The notes under the pieces are model-generated. The model did not search any database, was not told the DNA's origin, and worked only from the letters and a program-made list of their open reading frames with translations. From IMG/VR virus record IMGVR_UViG_3300016484_000093, positions 1 through 38,950 of that record: DNA of 38,950 bases; one strand, 5' to 3'. Position numbers and translations under genes: made by a program. Each line of letters opens with the position of its first letter. Position 1 is the first letter of the stretch. This DNA comes from a virus (taxonomy: Duplodnaviria > Caudoviricetes). This document shows, in pieces, positions 15,225 to 24,108 of this stretch.

Positions 15225-16141
15225 GCTACATAGGTAACGAGCCGATAGTATCAGCAACTAGAACAGTTACAGAAATATCTGCAACAGCAGGTCAGACTGT
15301 ATTTACTGCTAACGGTGGCTATACAGTAGGGTTTATTGATGTCTTTGTTAACGGTTCTAAGTTAACTAACTCAGACTTCACAGCTACTAACGGTACTACT
15401 ATTACACTTAACGAAGCTGCTCAAGCTAGTGATATTGTTCGCTTAGAAGCGTTAGGTACTTTCTTAACTTCATCAGCTTTAACAGCTAACAACCCTAACT
15501 ATACAGGTACACTTACAGGTGGAACTGGTGTTGTTAACATTGGTTCAGGGCAGTTGTATAAAGATGGTAACGGTAATGTTGGTGTTGGTACAAGTAGTCC
15601 TTCTTTTGGAATAGACATTGCAAAAGATAACGGAAATGGTTATTGTGCTTCATTTAGAAATAATACATCTAGCGCAAGAATGACTGTTGTTACTAGCGGT
15701 GGAGTTACGGGACTTCAAGGGGTTAATGCTGCTGGTAGTGCTTATTCTGATATTTTATTGCAGCCGTTGGGAAGCAATGTTCAAATAAATGGCAACCTAC
15801 AATTCAACTCAGGTTATGGTTCAGTAGCTACTGCATACGGCTGTCGTGCTTGGGTAAACTTCAACGGTACTGGTACAGTCGCTATTCGTGCAAGTGGTAA
15901 TGTGAGTTCTATTACTGATAATGGTACTGGCGACTATACGGTGAACTTTAGTACGGCTATGCCTGATACAAATTATGGATTCAATCTTTGTGCTGGTGAT
16001 AGCGGCAATACAGGTAATCCAAATTATATTTATGGAGTGAAATCACCAGGATTAAGTACCTCGTCATTTAGATTTATGACTTTATTCAGTGGTAATTCAC
16101 CAGGTGATTTTAATTTGGTTTCAGCAACGGTATTCCGCTAA
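15221..16141 (+). CDS. Tail fibre protein
   Basis: MSYIG N-terminus, GNVGVGTSSP repeat, and CRAWVNFNG...NVSSITDNGTGDYTVNF C-terminal domain. Confidence 0.8.
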   Translation: MSYIGNEPIVSATRTVTEISATAGQTVFTANGGYTVGFIDVFVNGSKLTNSDFTATNGTTITLNEAAQASDIVRLEALGTFLTSSALTANNPNYTGTLTGGTGVVNIGSGQLYKDGNGNVGVGTSSPSFGIDIAKDNGNGYCASFRNNTSSARMTVVTSGGVTGLQGVNAAGSAYSDILLQPLGSNVQINGNLQFNSGYGSVATAYGCRAWVNFNGTGTVAIRASGNVSSITDNGTGDYTVNFSTAMPDTNYGFNLCAGDSGNTGNPNYIYGVKSPGLSTSSFRFMTLFSGNSPGDFNLVSATVFR

Positions 16142-16153
16142 TAAGGACTAATC

Positions 16154-16345
16154 ATGGATAAAAGAATTATTTACCCAACAGACGAAGGCGGAGTAGCCAT
16201 CATCATCCCAGCTCCTGACTGCGGACTAACTATTGAAGAGATTGCAGCCAAGGATGTACCTGAGGGAAAACCTTATAAAATTGTAGATGTCTCAGATATT
16301 CCTGAAGATAGAACTTTCAGAGACGCATGGGAGTACCAAGAATGA
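16154..16345 (+). CDS. Small fibre-associated protein
   Basis: IAAKDVPEG.PYKIV...RTFRDAW motif; AAGGA ribosome-binding site. Confidence 0.8.
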   Translation: MDKRIIYPTDEGGVAIIIPAPDCGLTIEEIAAKDVPEGKPYKIVDVSDIPEDRTFRDAWEYQE

Positions 16346-16581
16346 TTGTTATCAACATCGATAAAGCTAAAGAGATTAAGAAAGACCAACTTCGTGCAGA
16401 GCGTAAACCTTTACTAGAATCTCTTGATGTAGAGTTTGTAAAGGCATTAGAGACTGGTGCAGATACTACACCGATTGTTGCTGAGAAACAAAGATTAAGA
16501 GACATTACTAAGCTGTGTGATACTGCACAGACTATTGAAGAATTAAAGGCTATAGAGGTTAATAATGCCAACAATAGCTGA
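16342..16581 (+). CDS. Probable tail fibre assembly chaperone
   Basis: ATG at 16342 overlaps the previous stop; LRAERKPLL..LD...KQRLRDIT motif. Confidence 0.7.
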   Translation: MIVINIDKAKEIKKDQLRAERKPLLESLDVEFVKALETGADTTPIVAEKQRLRDITKLCDTAQTIEELKAIEVNNANNS

Positions 16582-17053
16582 ACGCTTTAATGAAGCCTTT
16601 GAGTACAGAGACGGTAAGTTGTTTTGGAAAATCAATACTAACAAGTCTAAGAAGTTAATAGGTAAAGAAGCTGGCTGTAAGTCATCAGGTGCTTACGGTG
16701 TTGTTAATTTAGATGGTAACGCTTACAGTGTTCATAAAGTTATATTTACAATGCACCATGGGTATATGCCTGTAGTTGTAGACCATATTAACTTGGATAA
16801 GACCGATAACAGTATTGAGAATTTAAGAGCTGCTGACCATCATACTAACAACTATAACAAGAGTGTTCAAAAGAATAACAAGTTAGGTATGAAGAATATC
16901 TGCTGGCACTCACAGAATCAAAAGTGGTTGGTGCAACTAACTCAAAAAGGTAAGAAGATTGTTTCGTTTATGACGGATGATTTAGAGTTAGCTCAGTTAG
17001 TAGCTCATGAAGCTAGAGATAAATATCATGGTGAATTTGCTAGACATAAATAA
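16565..17053 (+). mobile_element. Freestanding HNH homing endonuclease with AP2-like C-terminal domain
   Basis: VHKVIF...VDHINLDKTDNSIENLR...NN motif; EARDKYHGEFA tail. Confidence 0.9.
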
Positions 17054-17061
17054 GGTAGAAG

Positions 17062-17883
17062 ATGACTAAAGCTAGAGACTTGTCGGTTGTACCAAATCAA
17101 ACATTAGGGATGAAGAATCGCCTAATTGATGCTGGTTTTATTATTAATCAAAGAGGCTATGCTTCTGGTACTCCTCTGTCTGCTGGTGTTTATGCACACG
17201 ACAGATGGAAAGCTGGAGCAAGTGGATGTACTTATACTTTCACTCAAGGCTCTTTAGGAGTACCTATTACAATCACAATTACTGCTGGTTCTTTACAGCA
17301 AATTATTGAAGGTTGTAACATGGGTGAAGGCGGTACTTATATTTTATCTTGGACAGGTACTGCACAGGCTAGAATCAATGGCGGTTCATACAGTGCAAGT
17401 CCTTTAATTGTCTCAGGTATTACAGCAGGTGCTAACACAACTATAGAGTTCGGTACTGGAACTGTACTACAACCTCAACTAGAAAAAGGCTCTACTGCTA
17501 CTAGCTTTGATTACAGACCTTATGGAACTGAGTTGGCTTTGTGTCAGAGGTATTATCAGTTTGTAGATAGTGTTAGTACAGGTGGTAGTGGAAGCGGTTT
17601 TGCTATGCAGCGTTATGCTGATAATACTAATACTTATGCAAATGTTCTTAGTTTTATCCAAACAATGAGGGCATCTCCAACAATCACTTTTGAAAATGGC
17701 ATGAGGTGTCATTTGCCTACTTTAACTGTTGAAGCTGGCACTTTTTCTGCAATGCAAATATCCAATCAAACAGCATGGATTATGGTTGTTCCTTCATCTA
17801 CAAACAATAGTGGTATTAAATCAGCTCTAATAGATGGAGATGGTTCTTCCTCTAAGAAAATACTTATAAATGCGGAGCTATAA
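17062..17883 (+). CDS. Tail fibre/carbohydrate-binding-like structural protein
   Basis: MTKARDLS start; KNRLI..F.INQRG, DRW and QLEKGSTATSFDYRPYGTELALCQRYY motifs. Confidence 0.8.
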   Translation: MTKARDLSVVPNQTLGMKNRLIDAGFIINQRGYASGTPLSAGVYAHDRWKAGASGCTYTFTQGSLGVPITITITAGSLQQIIEGCNMGEGGTYILSWTGTAQARINGGSYSASPLIVSGITAGANTTIEFGTGTVLQPQLEKGSTATSFDYRPYGTELALCQRYYQFVDSVSTGGSGSGFAMQRYADNTNTYANVLSFIQTMRASPTITFENGMRCHLPTLTVEAGTFSAMQISNQTAWIMVVPSSTNNSGIKSALIDGDGSSSKKILINAEL

Positions 17884-18045
17884 ATGTACAAATTAGCAAA
17901 TAACATTTTTAGTGGTGAAGTTGACAGTTTGCAACGCTTATCAGACAACGCTTTCATCCCCTTTGACCCAGCCAACACAGACTATCAAGCCTACCTCAAG
18001 TGGCTTGCTGAAGGTAACGAGCCACTACCAGCGGAGACTGAGTAA
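17884..18045 (+). CDS. Small fibre-associated protein (53 aa)
   Basis: Missing from the ORF track; MYKL...FIPFDPANTDYQAYLKWLAEGNEPLPAETE*. Confidence 0.85.
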   Translation: MYKLANNIFSGEVDSLQRLSDNAFIPFDPANTDYQAYLKWLAEGNEPLPAETE

Positions 18046-18046
18046 G

Positions 18047-18262
18047 ATGAACGAGCAAGGCGGAGTAGACCTCTACAAGTACGGTAAGTTAGTAGCTCAA
18101 GTAGAAGCTATGGAGAAGAAGATTGACAAGCTAGAATCAGGTATGGAAGAGTTACTTGAACTAGCTAACCGTAGCCGTGGCGGATTGTGGGCGGGCATGA
18201 TGATTGCCTCGTCTATCAGTGCGGTAGTTGGTTTTATAACATCACACTGGATAAATAGATGA
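18047..18262 (+). CDS. Coiled-coil protein with C-terminal transmembrane helix (XhlA/holin-like)
   Basis: ATG at 18047 preferred over the track start at 17912; hydrophobic GLWAGMMIASSISAVVGFI segment. Confidence 0.7.
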   Translation: MNEQGGVDLYKYGKLVAQVEAMEKKIDKLESGMEELLELANRSRGGLWAGMMIASSISAVVGFITSHWINR

Positions 18263-18810
18263 CAGTAGGCATTTACAGTATCATTCATGTGCCTACAAAT
18301 AGAGCGTATGTAGGACAATCTTCTGATATTGAAAAAAGATGGAAAAGACATCTTAAACTTGCAGAGATTGGGGATAAACGACATTTATATTGTGCATTGC
18401 GTAAATATGATATTACAGAGTTTAGATTTGATATATTAGAGGAATGCACGACTGAAGAACTAAATGAAAAAGAAATATACTGGATTAAAGAATTAAACTC
18501 TTATGAGTCTGGCTTTAATTTAACTTTAGGTGGTGATGGTATTCGTGGTCATAAATTTACGGAAGAAGCTAAACAAAGAATAAGTAAAGCAGTTTCAGCA
18601 TTGATGACACCTGAGTATAGAAAGATACTAAGCGATAAGAACAAAGGTACTAAACTATCACAAGAAACAAAAGATAAAATGAGTGCTGCTAGAAAAGGAA
18701 AGAAACTTTCTCCTGAGTGGATTGAGAACATCCGTAAAGCACGGCTCGGTAAACCTCTATCAGAAGCACATAAAGCAGCTCTAAGACAACCAAGAAAGAA
18801 GAACAGATGA
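18259..18810 (+). mobile_element. Freestanding GIY-YIG homing endonuclease (NUMOD3-like repeats)
   Basis: GIYSI...YVGQS..IEKRW...E.YWI...GFNLTLGG; SQETKDKMS repeats. Confidence 0.92.
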
Positions 18811-19151
18811 GAGAACTTACAGTAGGTAAGAACCTTACAGCAGGTGTTAGCAACACTGTCTATACAGTCCCTAAAGGCTGTAAAGCTATTGCTACATTGT
18901 TGATGATTTCTAACTATGGCGGTAACTCTAAGTCAGTCACTGCTACTTGGTACGATAAAACAGACAATGAATCTGTTACTATTGTGGGTGGACATTCTAT
19001 TAGTGCAGGTAGTTATTTAATGTTTAACCAAGGTCGTATGGTCATGGACGAGTATGACGAACTACGTTGTACTCCAGAAGCAGGTTCAACTTTCTCAGTA
19101 ATCTTTACTGTGGAAATTCATCAAAACACATCTTATCAGAATGGGAGTTAA
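18807..19151 (+). CDS. Small beta-rich virion structural protein
   Basis: VYTVP motif; same apparent fold family as 13455..13781. Confidence 0.75.
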   Translation: MRELTVGKNLTAGVSNTVYTVPKGCKAIATLLMISNYGGNSKSVTATWYDKTDNESVTIVGGHSISAGSYLMFNQGRMVMDEYDELRCTPEAGSTFSVIFTVEIHQNTSYQNGS

Positions 19152-19153
19152 TA

Positions 19154-19339
19154 ATGGCAACTAAGAAACAACAAGCTAAGATTAGCAAAGTAATGCGTGA
19201 GTACAAAGCTGGCACTCTTAATACAGGCTCTAAGAAAGGTCCTATTGTTAAGAATCGTAAACAGGCTGTAGCGATTGCTTTGTCACAAGCAGGTATGTCT
19301 AAACCTAAGATGATGAAGAAGTCTGGCAGAGGTCGTTAA
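19154..19339 (+). CDS. Small basic protein (DUF6496-like)
   Basis: KVMREYKAGTL...KNRKQAVAIALS; ATG at 19154 after GGAG. Confidence 0.75.
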   Translation: MATKKQQAKISKVMREYKAGTLNTGSKKGPIVKNRKQAVAIALSQAGMSKPKMMKKSGRGR

Positions 19340-19485
19340 TGAAAGGTTTATACGCAAATATTCACGCTAAACGCAAGCGTATTGCGGCAGGCTCAGGCGA
19401 GAAGATGCGTAAGCCAGGCTCTAAAGGCGCTCCTACCGCTAAAGACTTCAAAGATGCTGCTAAGACAGCTAAAAAGAGAAAATAA
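19339..19485 (+). CDS. Small basic protein (48 aa)
   Basis: Missing from the ORF track; MKGLYANIHAKRKRIAAGSGEKMRKPGSKGAPTAKDFKDAAKTAKKRK*; TAATG overlaps at both ends. Confidence 0.85.
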   Translation: MKGLYANIHAKRKRIAAGSGEKMRKPGSKGAPTAKDFKDAAKTAKKRK

Positions 19486-19730
19486 TGCCTAAAAAAGAAT
19501 ATCAAAACCCTAAAGGTGGTCTTAACCAAAAAGGTAGAGATTATTACAACCGTACTACTGGTTCTAATCTAAAACCGCCAGTATCTGCTGAACAGGCTAA
19601 AAAGTCACCTAAAGCAGCTAAAAGACGTAAAAGTTTCTGCGCTCGGATGGGCGGTGTTCCTGGTCCAATGAAGGACTCCAAAGGAAGACCTACTAGAAAA
19701 GCTCTAGCATTAAAGAAGTGGGATTGTTAA
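19485..19730 (+). CDS. Small basic protein (DUF6321-like)
   Basis: GGLN.KGR...NLKPP...RRKSFCARM...ALKKWDC. Confidence 0.8.
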   Translation: MPKKEYQNPKGGLNQKGRDYYNRTTGSNLKPPVSAEQAKKSPKAAKRRKSFCARMGGVPGPMKDSKGRPTRKALALKKWDC

Positions 19731-19737
19731 AAACTGC

Positions 19738-19766
19738 TTGACAAGAAACTAAAAGTGTGATACACT
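19738..19766 (+). promoter_or_regulatory. Sigma70-type promoter of the tail operon
   Basis: TTGACA-N17-TACACT with extended -10 TG. It lies very close to the downstream start codon, which lowers confidence. Confidence 0.6.
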
Positions 19767-19777
19767 AAGGAATATAA

Positions 19778-20425
19778 ATGAACTACTTACAATTAGTCAA
19801 CTCCGTGCTAAGACGACTCCGTGAGACTGAGGTTTCAGCGGTGTCTGATAACGCCTATTCTAAGCTCATCGGTGATTATGTCAACGATGCTAAGCGTGTT
19901 GTAGAAGATTCTTACAACTGGAATGCGTTATATGATACATTGTCTGCCACGACAAGTGCGGACGTATTTAACTATGTCTTGGTTGGCTCAGGTCAGCGTT
20001 TCCGTGTTATTGACATCCTTAACGATACGTCTAACTGGTTCTTACAAGAGCGTTCAACAACATGGTTTGACCAACAGTTCTTGTTGACAAACGTACAAAA
20101 AGGTTCTCCACAGTTCTACAACTTTAACGGTGTAGACAACAACGGAGACACACAGGTAGACTTATTCCCTATTCCTAACGGTGTCTATGACATTCGTTTT
20201 AACATTGTAAGACCACAAACAGAGCTAGTCAACAGTACTGATATTCTCAAAGTACCTCACGAGCCTGTAGTCTTCTTAGCATACGCTAAAGCCCTTGCAG
20301 AGCGTGGTGAAGACGGTGGTTTAGCTTCTAACGAAGCAGCACAGCTCTACAGACAATCCTTAGCCGATGCAATCGCTCTTGAGAGTGGTCGTTACGGTGA
20401 AGAATCACAATTCTACTGGGTATAA
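19778..20425 (+). CDS. Head-tail adaptor (tail tubular protein A-like)
   Basis: MNYLQLVNSVLRRLRE N-terminus; LFPIP motif; size and position fit. Confidence 0.75.
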   Translation: MNYLQLVNSVLRRLRETEVSAVSDNAYSKLIGDYVNDAKRVVEDSYNWNALYDTLSATTSADVFNYVLVGSGQRFRVIDILNDTSNWFLQERSTTWFDQQFLLTNVQKGSPQFYNFNGVDNNGDTQVDLFPIPNGVYDIRFNIVRPQTELVNSTDILKVPHEPVVFLAYAKALAERGEDGGLASNEAAQLYRQSLADAIALESGRYGEESQFYWV

Positions 20426-20427
20426 TA

Positions 20428-22023
20428 ATGGCTGAACAACAGCTTACAGGTTCGATTGCTGCGCCAGGTTTCTTTGGCTTAAACACGCAAGACAGCTCTA
20501 TTCAGTTGTCTAGCGGTTTTGCTTTAGAAGCCTTTAACTGCGTGATTGACAAGTTTGGTCGTATTGGCGCTCGTAAAGGTTGGACTAAAGTTAACAGTTC
20601 TGCAGCTTCTACAGGTAACTTCAGAGCAATCTTTGAATTAGTTAAGGATGACGGTAACGTAGTTCTTAGTGCTGCTAATAACAAACTATACTCAGGTCGT
20701 AGCACATTAACTGAGTTAGTTGTCCGTAATAGCGACGACACAGCTAATCTAAGCTATACTATCAATGACGATAATTGGCAGATTAGCGGTATGCCTTACG
20801 ATACAGGCGCTACACCGTCTGGACACGCTATATTGGTACAAGAAGGTCAAGCACCTTTAGTGTATCACAAACTAGGTGCTACTCCACACGCACATACAGG
20901 TTCTTATGGTCTACAACGCTTAGGCGATATTGCTAACTTACCTGTCGGATACACTACAGCAGACTTTACACCTAACTGTATTTTAACTGCTTATGGTCGT
21001 ACATGGGTTGCAGACATTGCAGGAGATAAACAAACTGTTTACTTCTCTGACTTGTTAGACCCTACTGAGTGGAGAACAGGAACATCAGGATACTTAAACA
21101 TTAGTGAAGTTGTTCCTAACAATGACCCTATCGTTGCTTTAGCATCTCATAACGGTTTCTTGATTATCTTCTGTCAAAGACATATCGTTATATACGCTAA
21201 TCCTGTAGACCCTTCAGCATTGACTTTAAGCGACGTTGTTAGCGGTATTGGCTGTATTGCTCGTGATTCAGTAGCCACTACAGGTACAGATATTATCTTC
21301 TTGTCTGATACAGGTGTACAGTCTTTACAGCGTGTAATTACTGAGAAGTCTTTACCATTTAGAGATGTGTCTAAGAACGTACGTGATGATTTATTAGCTA
21401 ACGTCAATTCTGAAACATTGAAGTATATTAAAGGGGTGTATTTTGCTACTGATGCATTCTATTTATTGTCTTTACCATCAACAGGCTTCACTTATTGCTT
21501 CGATACTCGTGGTGTGTTAGAGAACGGTGCTGCAAGAACTACAATCTGGAAGAGTATCAATCCTACAGCCTTCTGTGTTACACAGGCTAGAGAGTTGTTA
21601 ATTGGTAAGCCAGGCTATATTGGTAAGTATGATAGCTATGAAGACAACGGAGCTACTTACCGTATGTCTTATTTTACTAACTACTTTGACTTCGGTAATC
21701 CAGTACAGTTAAAGATTCTAAAGCGTATTAACGTCACGGCTATTGGTGGTTCTAATCAGCCTATCGCTGTTAAATGGGGTTATGACTATACTCGTAACTA
21801 CTTCTCTCGTGGTATTACACTACAGCGTGTAGAGGTATTTGAATATGGCACAGCTGAGTATAACATTGCTACATACACTAATGGTATTGCTTTGGACATT
21901 GCTAACATTCCTGCTAGTGGTTCAGGCACTGTAGTTCAATTGGGCTTTGAGTCTGACATTGATGGAACACCTTTGTCGATTCAGAAAATTGATTTCTTCC
22001 TTAAACAAGGTAAAACATTATGA
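20428..22023 (+). CDS. Tail nozzle/hub (tail tubular protein B / P22 gp10-like)
   Basis: 531-aa beta-propeller-like protein (FFGLN, YFSD, GCIARDS, FLSDTGV) following the adaptor. Confidence 0.8.
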   Translation: MAEQQLTGSIAAPGFFGLNTQDSSIQLSSGFALEAFNCVIDKFGRIGARKGWTKVNSSAASTGNFRAIFELVKDDGNVVLSAANNKLYSGRSTLTELVVRNSDDTANLSYTINDDNWQISGMPYDTGATPSGHAILVQEGQAPLVYHKLGATPHAHTGSYGLQRLGDIANLPVGYTTADFTPNCILTAYGRTWVADIAGDKQTVYFSDLLDPTEWRTGTSGYLNISEVVPNNDPIVALASHNGFLIIFCQRHIVIYANPVDPSALTLSDVVSGIGCIARDSVATTGTDIIFLSDTGVQSLQRVITEKSLPFRDVSKNVRDDLLANVNSETLKYIKGVYFATDAFYLLSLPSTGFTYCFDTRGVLENGAARTTIWKSINPTAFCVTQARELLIGKPGYIGKYDSYEDNGATYRMSYFTNYFDFGNPVQLKILKRINVTAIGGSNQPIAVKWGYDYTRNYFSRGITLQRVEVFEYGTAEYNIATYTNGIALDIANIPASGSGTVVQLGFESDIDGTPLSIQKIDFFLKQGKTL

Positions 22024-22730
22024 GTAATTACGTTAAAGCGACTAACTTCGCTACCAAAGACACACTACCTACAGGAGACTCTAACAAGATTGTTAAGGGT
22101 ACTGAGATAGACAACGAATTCAATGCTATTGCAGGCGCTATTAGCTCTAAAGCTGACTTAGCTTCTCCTGCCTTTACAGGAACTCCTACAGCTCCTACAG
22201 CAACTTCTGGTTCTAATACAACACAAATTGCTACAACTGCGTTTGTTACAGGAGCTTTACAGGCTGCCTATCCTGTCGGTTCTATTTACATGAACGCTAC
22301 AAACTCACAGAACCCAGCTACATTGCTTGGTTTTGGTACATGGACAGCATTCGGTGCAGGTCGTATGCCTGTTGGTTTTAACAGTTCAGACCCTTTGTTT
22401 GATACTGCTGAAGAGACTGGTGGTTCTAAAGATGCTATTGTAGTATCTCATACGCATGGATTCTCTGGTTCAGGTACTGCAGCCAGTGCAGGAAGCCATC
22501 AGCATACTTATCAAACAGGATACAATACTAACGTAACTATTGAAGGCTCTAATGGTAACTTTGGTGGTGGTACTCCTGACGATACATCCTTTATTTACAA
22601 TACAAACTCCGCAGGAGCGCATACCCACAGTGTGTCTGTAAGCGGTACAACAGATAGTACAGGTTCTAGCGGCACTAACGCTAACTTGCCTCCATACATC
22701 GTTGTTTATATGTGGAAGCGTACAGCTTAA
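22020..22730 (+). CDS. Tail tip/short fibre protein
   Basis: SPAFTGTPTAPT, YPVGSIY...FGTW, HxH repeats and NLPPYIVVYMWKRTA. Confidence 0.8.
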   Translation: MSNYVKATNFATKDTLPTGDSNKIVKGTEIDNEFNAIAGAISSKADLASPAFTGTPTAPTATSGSNTTQIATTAFVTGALQAAYPVGSIYMNATNSQNPATLLGFGTWTAFGAGRMPVGFNSSDPLFDTAEETGGSKDAIVVSHTHGFSGSGTAASAGSHQHTYQTGYNTNVTIEGSNGNFGGGTPDDTSFIYNTNSAGAHTHSVSVSGTTDSTGSSGTNANLPPYIVVYMWKRTA

Positions 22731-23020
22731 TGATTAAAGTCCCAGTAGTTCAACGACAAGACTATGTCATGTATCTTGAGTACTGGGAAAATATGCACTG
22801 GTTTCATACTGATGTGCGTAAGTGGAACAAAGTAGTAAAAACAAAGTTTTTAGAAGATTTAAATTTATTGCAGTATCTTGTCGGAACTCCGTTAGTTGCC
22901 CTTGTTGAAGAGGATAACAAAAAACTAGCTAAGTTTGGAGAAGTAACTGGTTGGAAAGTTGAAGGTTCAATGCCTTTAAACAATGGTAAACTTGGAATAA
23001 TTTATAGTTGGAGTAAATAA
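22730..23020 (+). CDS. Putative GNAT-like virion assembly protein
   Basis: TAATG-coupled; NKKLAKF...GW pattern; position just before the ejection proteins. Confidence 0.55.
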   Translation: MIKVPVVQRQDYVMYLEYWENMHWFHTDVRKWNKVVKTKFLEDLNLLQYLVGTPLVALVEEDNKKLAKFGEVTGWKVEGSMPLNNGKLGIIYSWSK

Positions 23021-24099
23021 TGGGTAAGATGGCAAGTGCAATCGGTACTATAGGCGGAGGTCTGATTGGTGCGTCTATGGGTAATCCTATGCTTGGAGCG
23101 CAGATTGGCGGCGCTGCAGGTTCATTATTAGGAGGAAGCCCTAACGTATCTGGTGCTTATAGTGGTGCTTCTGGACAGCAATTAGCTGCTGCACAGCAAG
23201 CCGCAAATATGGCTCAGTTTCGTCCTGTCGGTGTTACTACACGCTTTGGTGCTTCTAATTTCCAAATAGACCCTAACACAGGACAACTTGTTTCTGCAGG
23301 ATACACTGTAGCTCCTGAGTTGCGTACTATTCAAGATAGACTCTTATCACAAGCAGGTGCTTATCGTCCTGAAGACATTGCTGCACAGACTGCAATGTTA
23401 ACTCCTGCAGCCCAGTCTTTGTTTACAATGGGTCAAGGTTATCTATCACAGTCGCCTGAAGCAGCTCGTCAGCGCTATATCAGTCAACAACAGGCTTTAT
23501 TAGCGCCACAACAAGAACAGGCTTTAGCAGGTATTCGTAATCGTTTATTCCAAACAGGTAGAAGCGGTCTAGCTACTGGCGGTGTTACAGGTCGTGGTCA
23601 GACTAATCCTGAATTACAGGCTTACTACAACGCATTAGCACAGCAACAAGCACAGCTCGCTGCAAACGCAGAACAAGCTGCACAGCAACAGACACAATTC
23701 GGTGCTGGTTTATTTGGCACAGGCGCTCAGTTGCTTGGACAAGTTCCTTCTCTAACTTCAGCTGCTTACGGTCCATTAGGAACACAGTTAGGATTAGCAG
23801 GTACTATCGAAGGATTAGGACAACAAGGTTTTGAACTAGGCTCTGCTTTAGGAGGACGTGCTGCTACAACAGGTGCTACAGCAGGTCGTTTATTACAGCT
23901 TGGTACTGAATCTAGTGCTTTAACAGGTTTGTCTGGTCAAAAAGCACAAATGGATATTGACGCAGCTCGTCAACTAGGGCTACAAACACAATTAAATCAA
24001 ATTGCTCAAAATCCAGCAGTTCAAAACTGGTTTAGCAACATATTAAAACCAACACCTTCTTGGCAAGAGTCAAGCACAGGCTTATTTAGAATTGACTAA
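23020..24099 (+). CDS. Internal virion / DNA ejection protein
   Basis: Gly/Ala/Gln-rich with a hydrophobic Gly-rich N-terminus; podovirus gene order. Confidence 0.7.
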   Translation: MGKMASAIGTIGGGLIGASMGNPMLGAQIGGAAGSLLGGSPNVSGAYSGASGQQLAAAQQAANMAQFRPVGVTTRFGASNFQIDPNTGQLVSAGYTVAPELRTIQDRLLSQAGAYRPEDIAAQTAMLTPAAQSLFTMGQGYLSQSPEAARQRYISQQQALLAPQQEQALAGIRNRLFQTGRSGLATGGVTGRGQTNPELQAYYNALAQQQAQLAANAEQAAQQQTQFGAGLFGTGAQLLGQVPSLTSAAYGPLGTQLGLAGTIEGLGQQGFELGSALGGRAATTGATAGRLLQLGTESSALTGLSGQKAQMDIDAARQLGLQTQLNQIAQNPAVQNWFSNILKPTPSWQESSTGLFRID

Positions 24100-24108
24100 G
24101 GAATAAAC

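Noticed and set aside
16540-17061. End duplication around the HNH gene, like the other four endonucleases
   Set aside because: Only weak similarity between the upstream gene end and the HNH end, so it was not counted.
14320-18045. Diversity-generating retroelement or invertase shufflon acting on tail fibres
   Set aside because: No reverse transcriptase or recombinase, no template/variable repeat pair and no inverted cassettes were seen.
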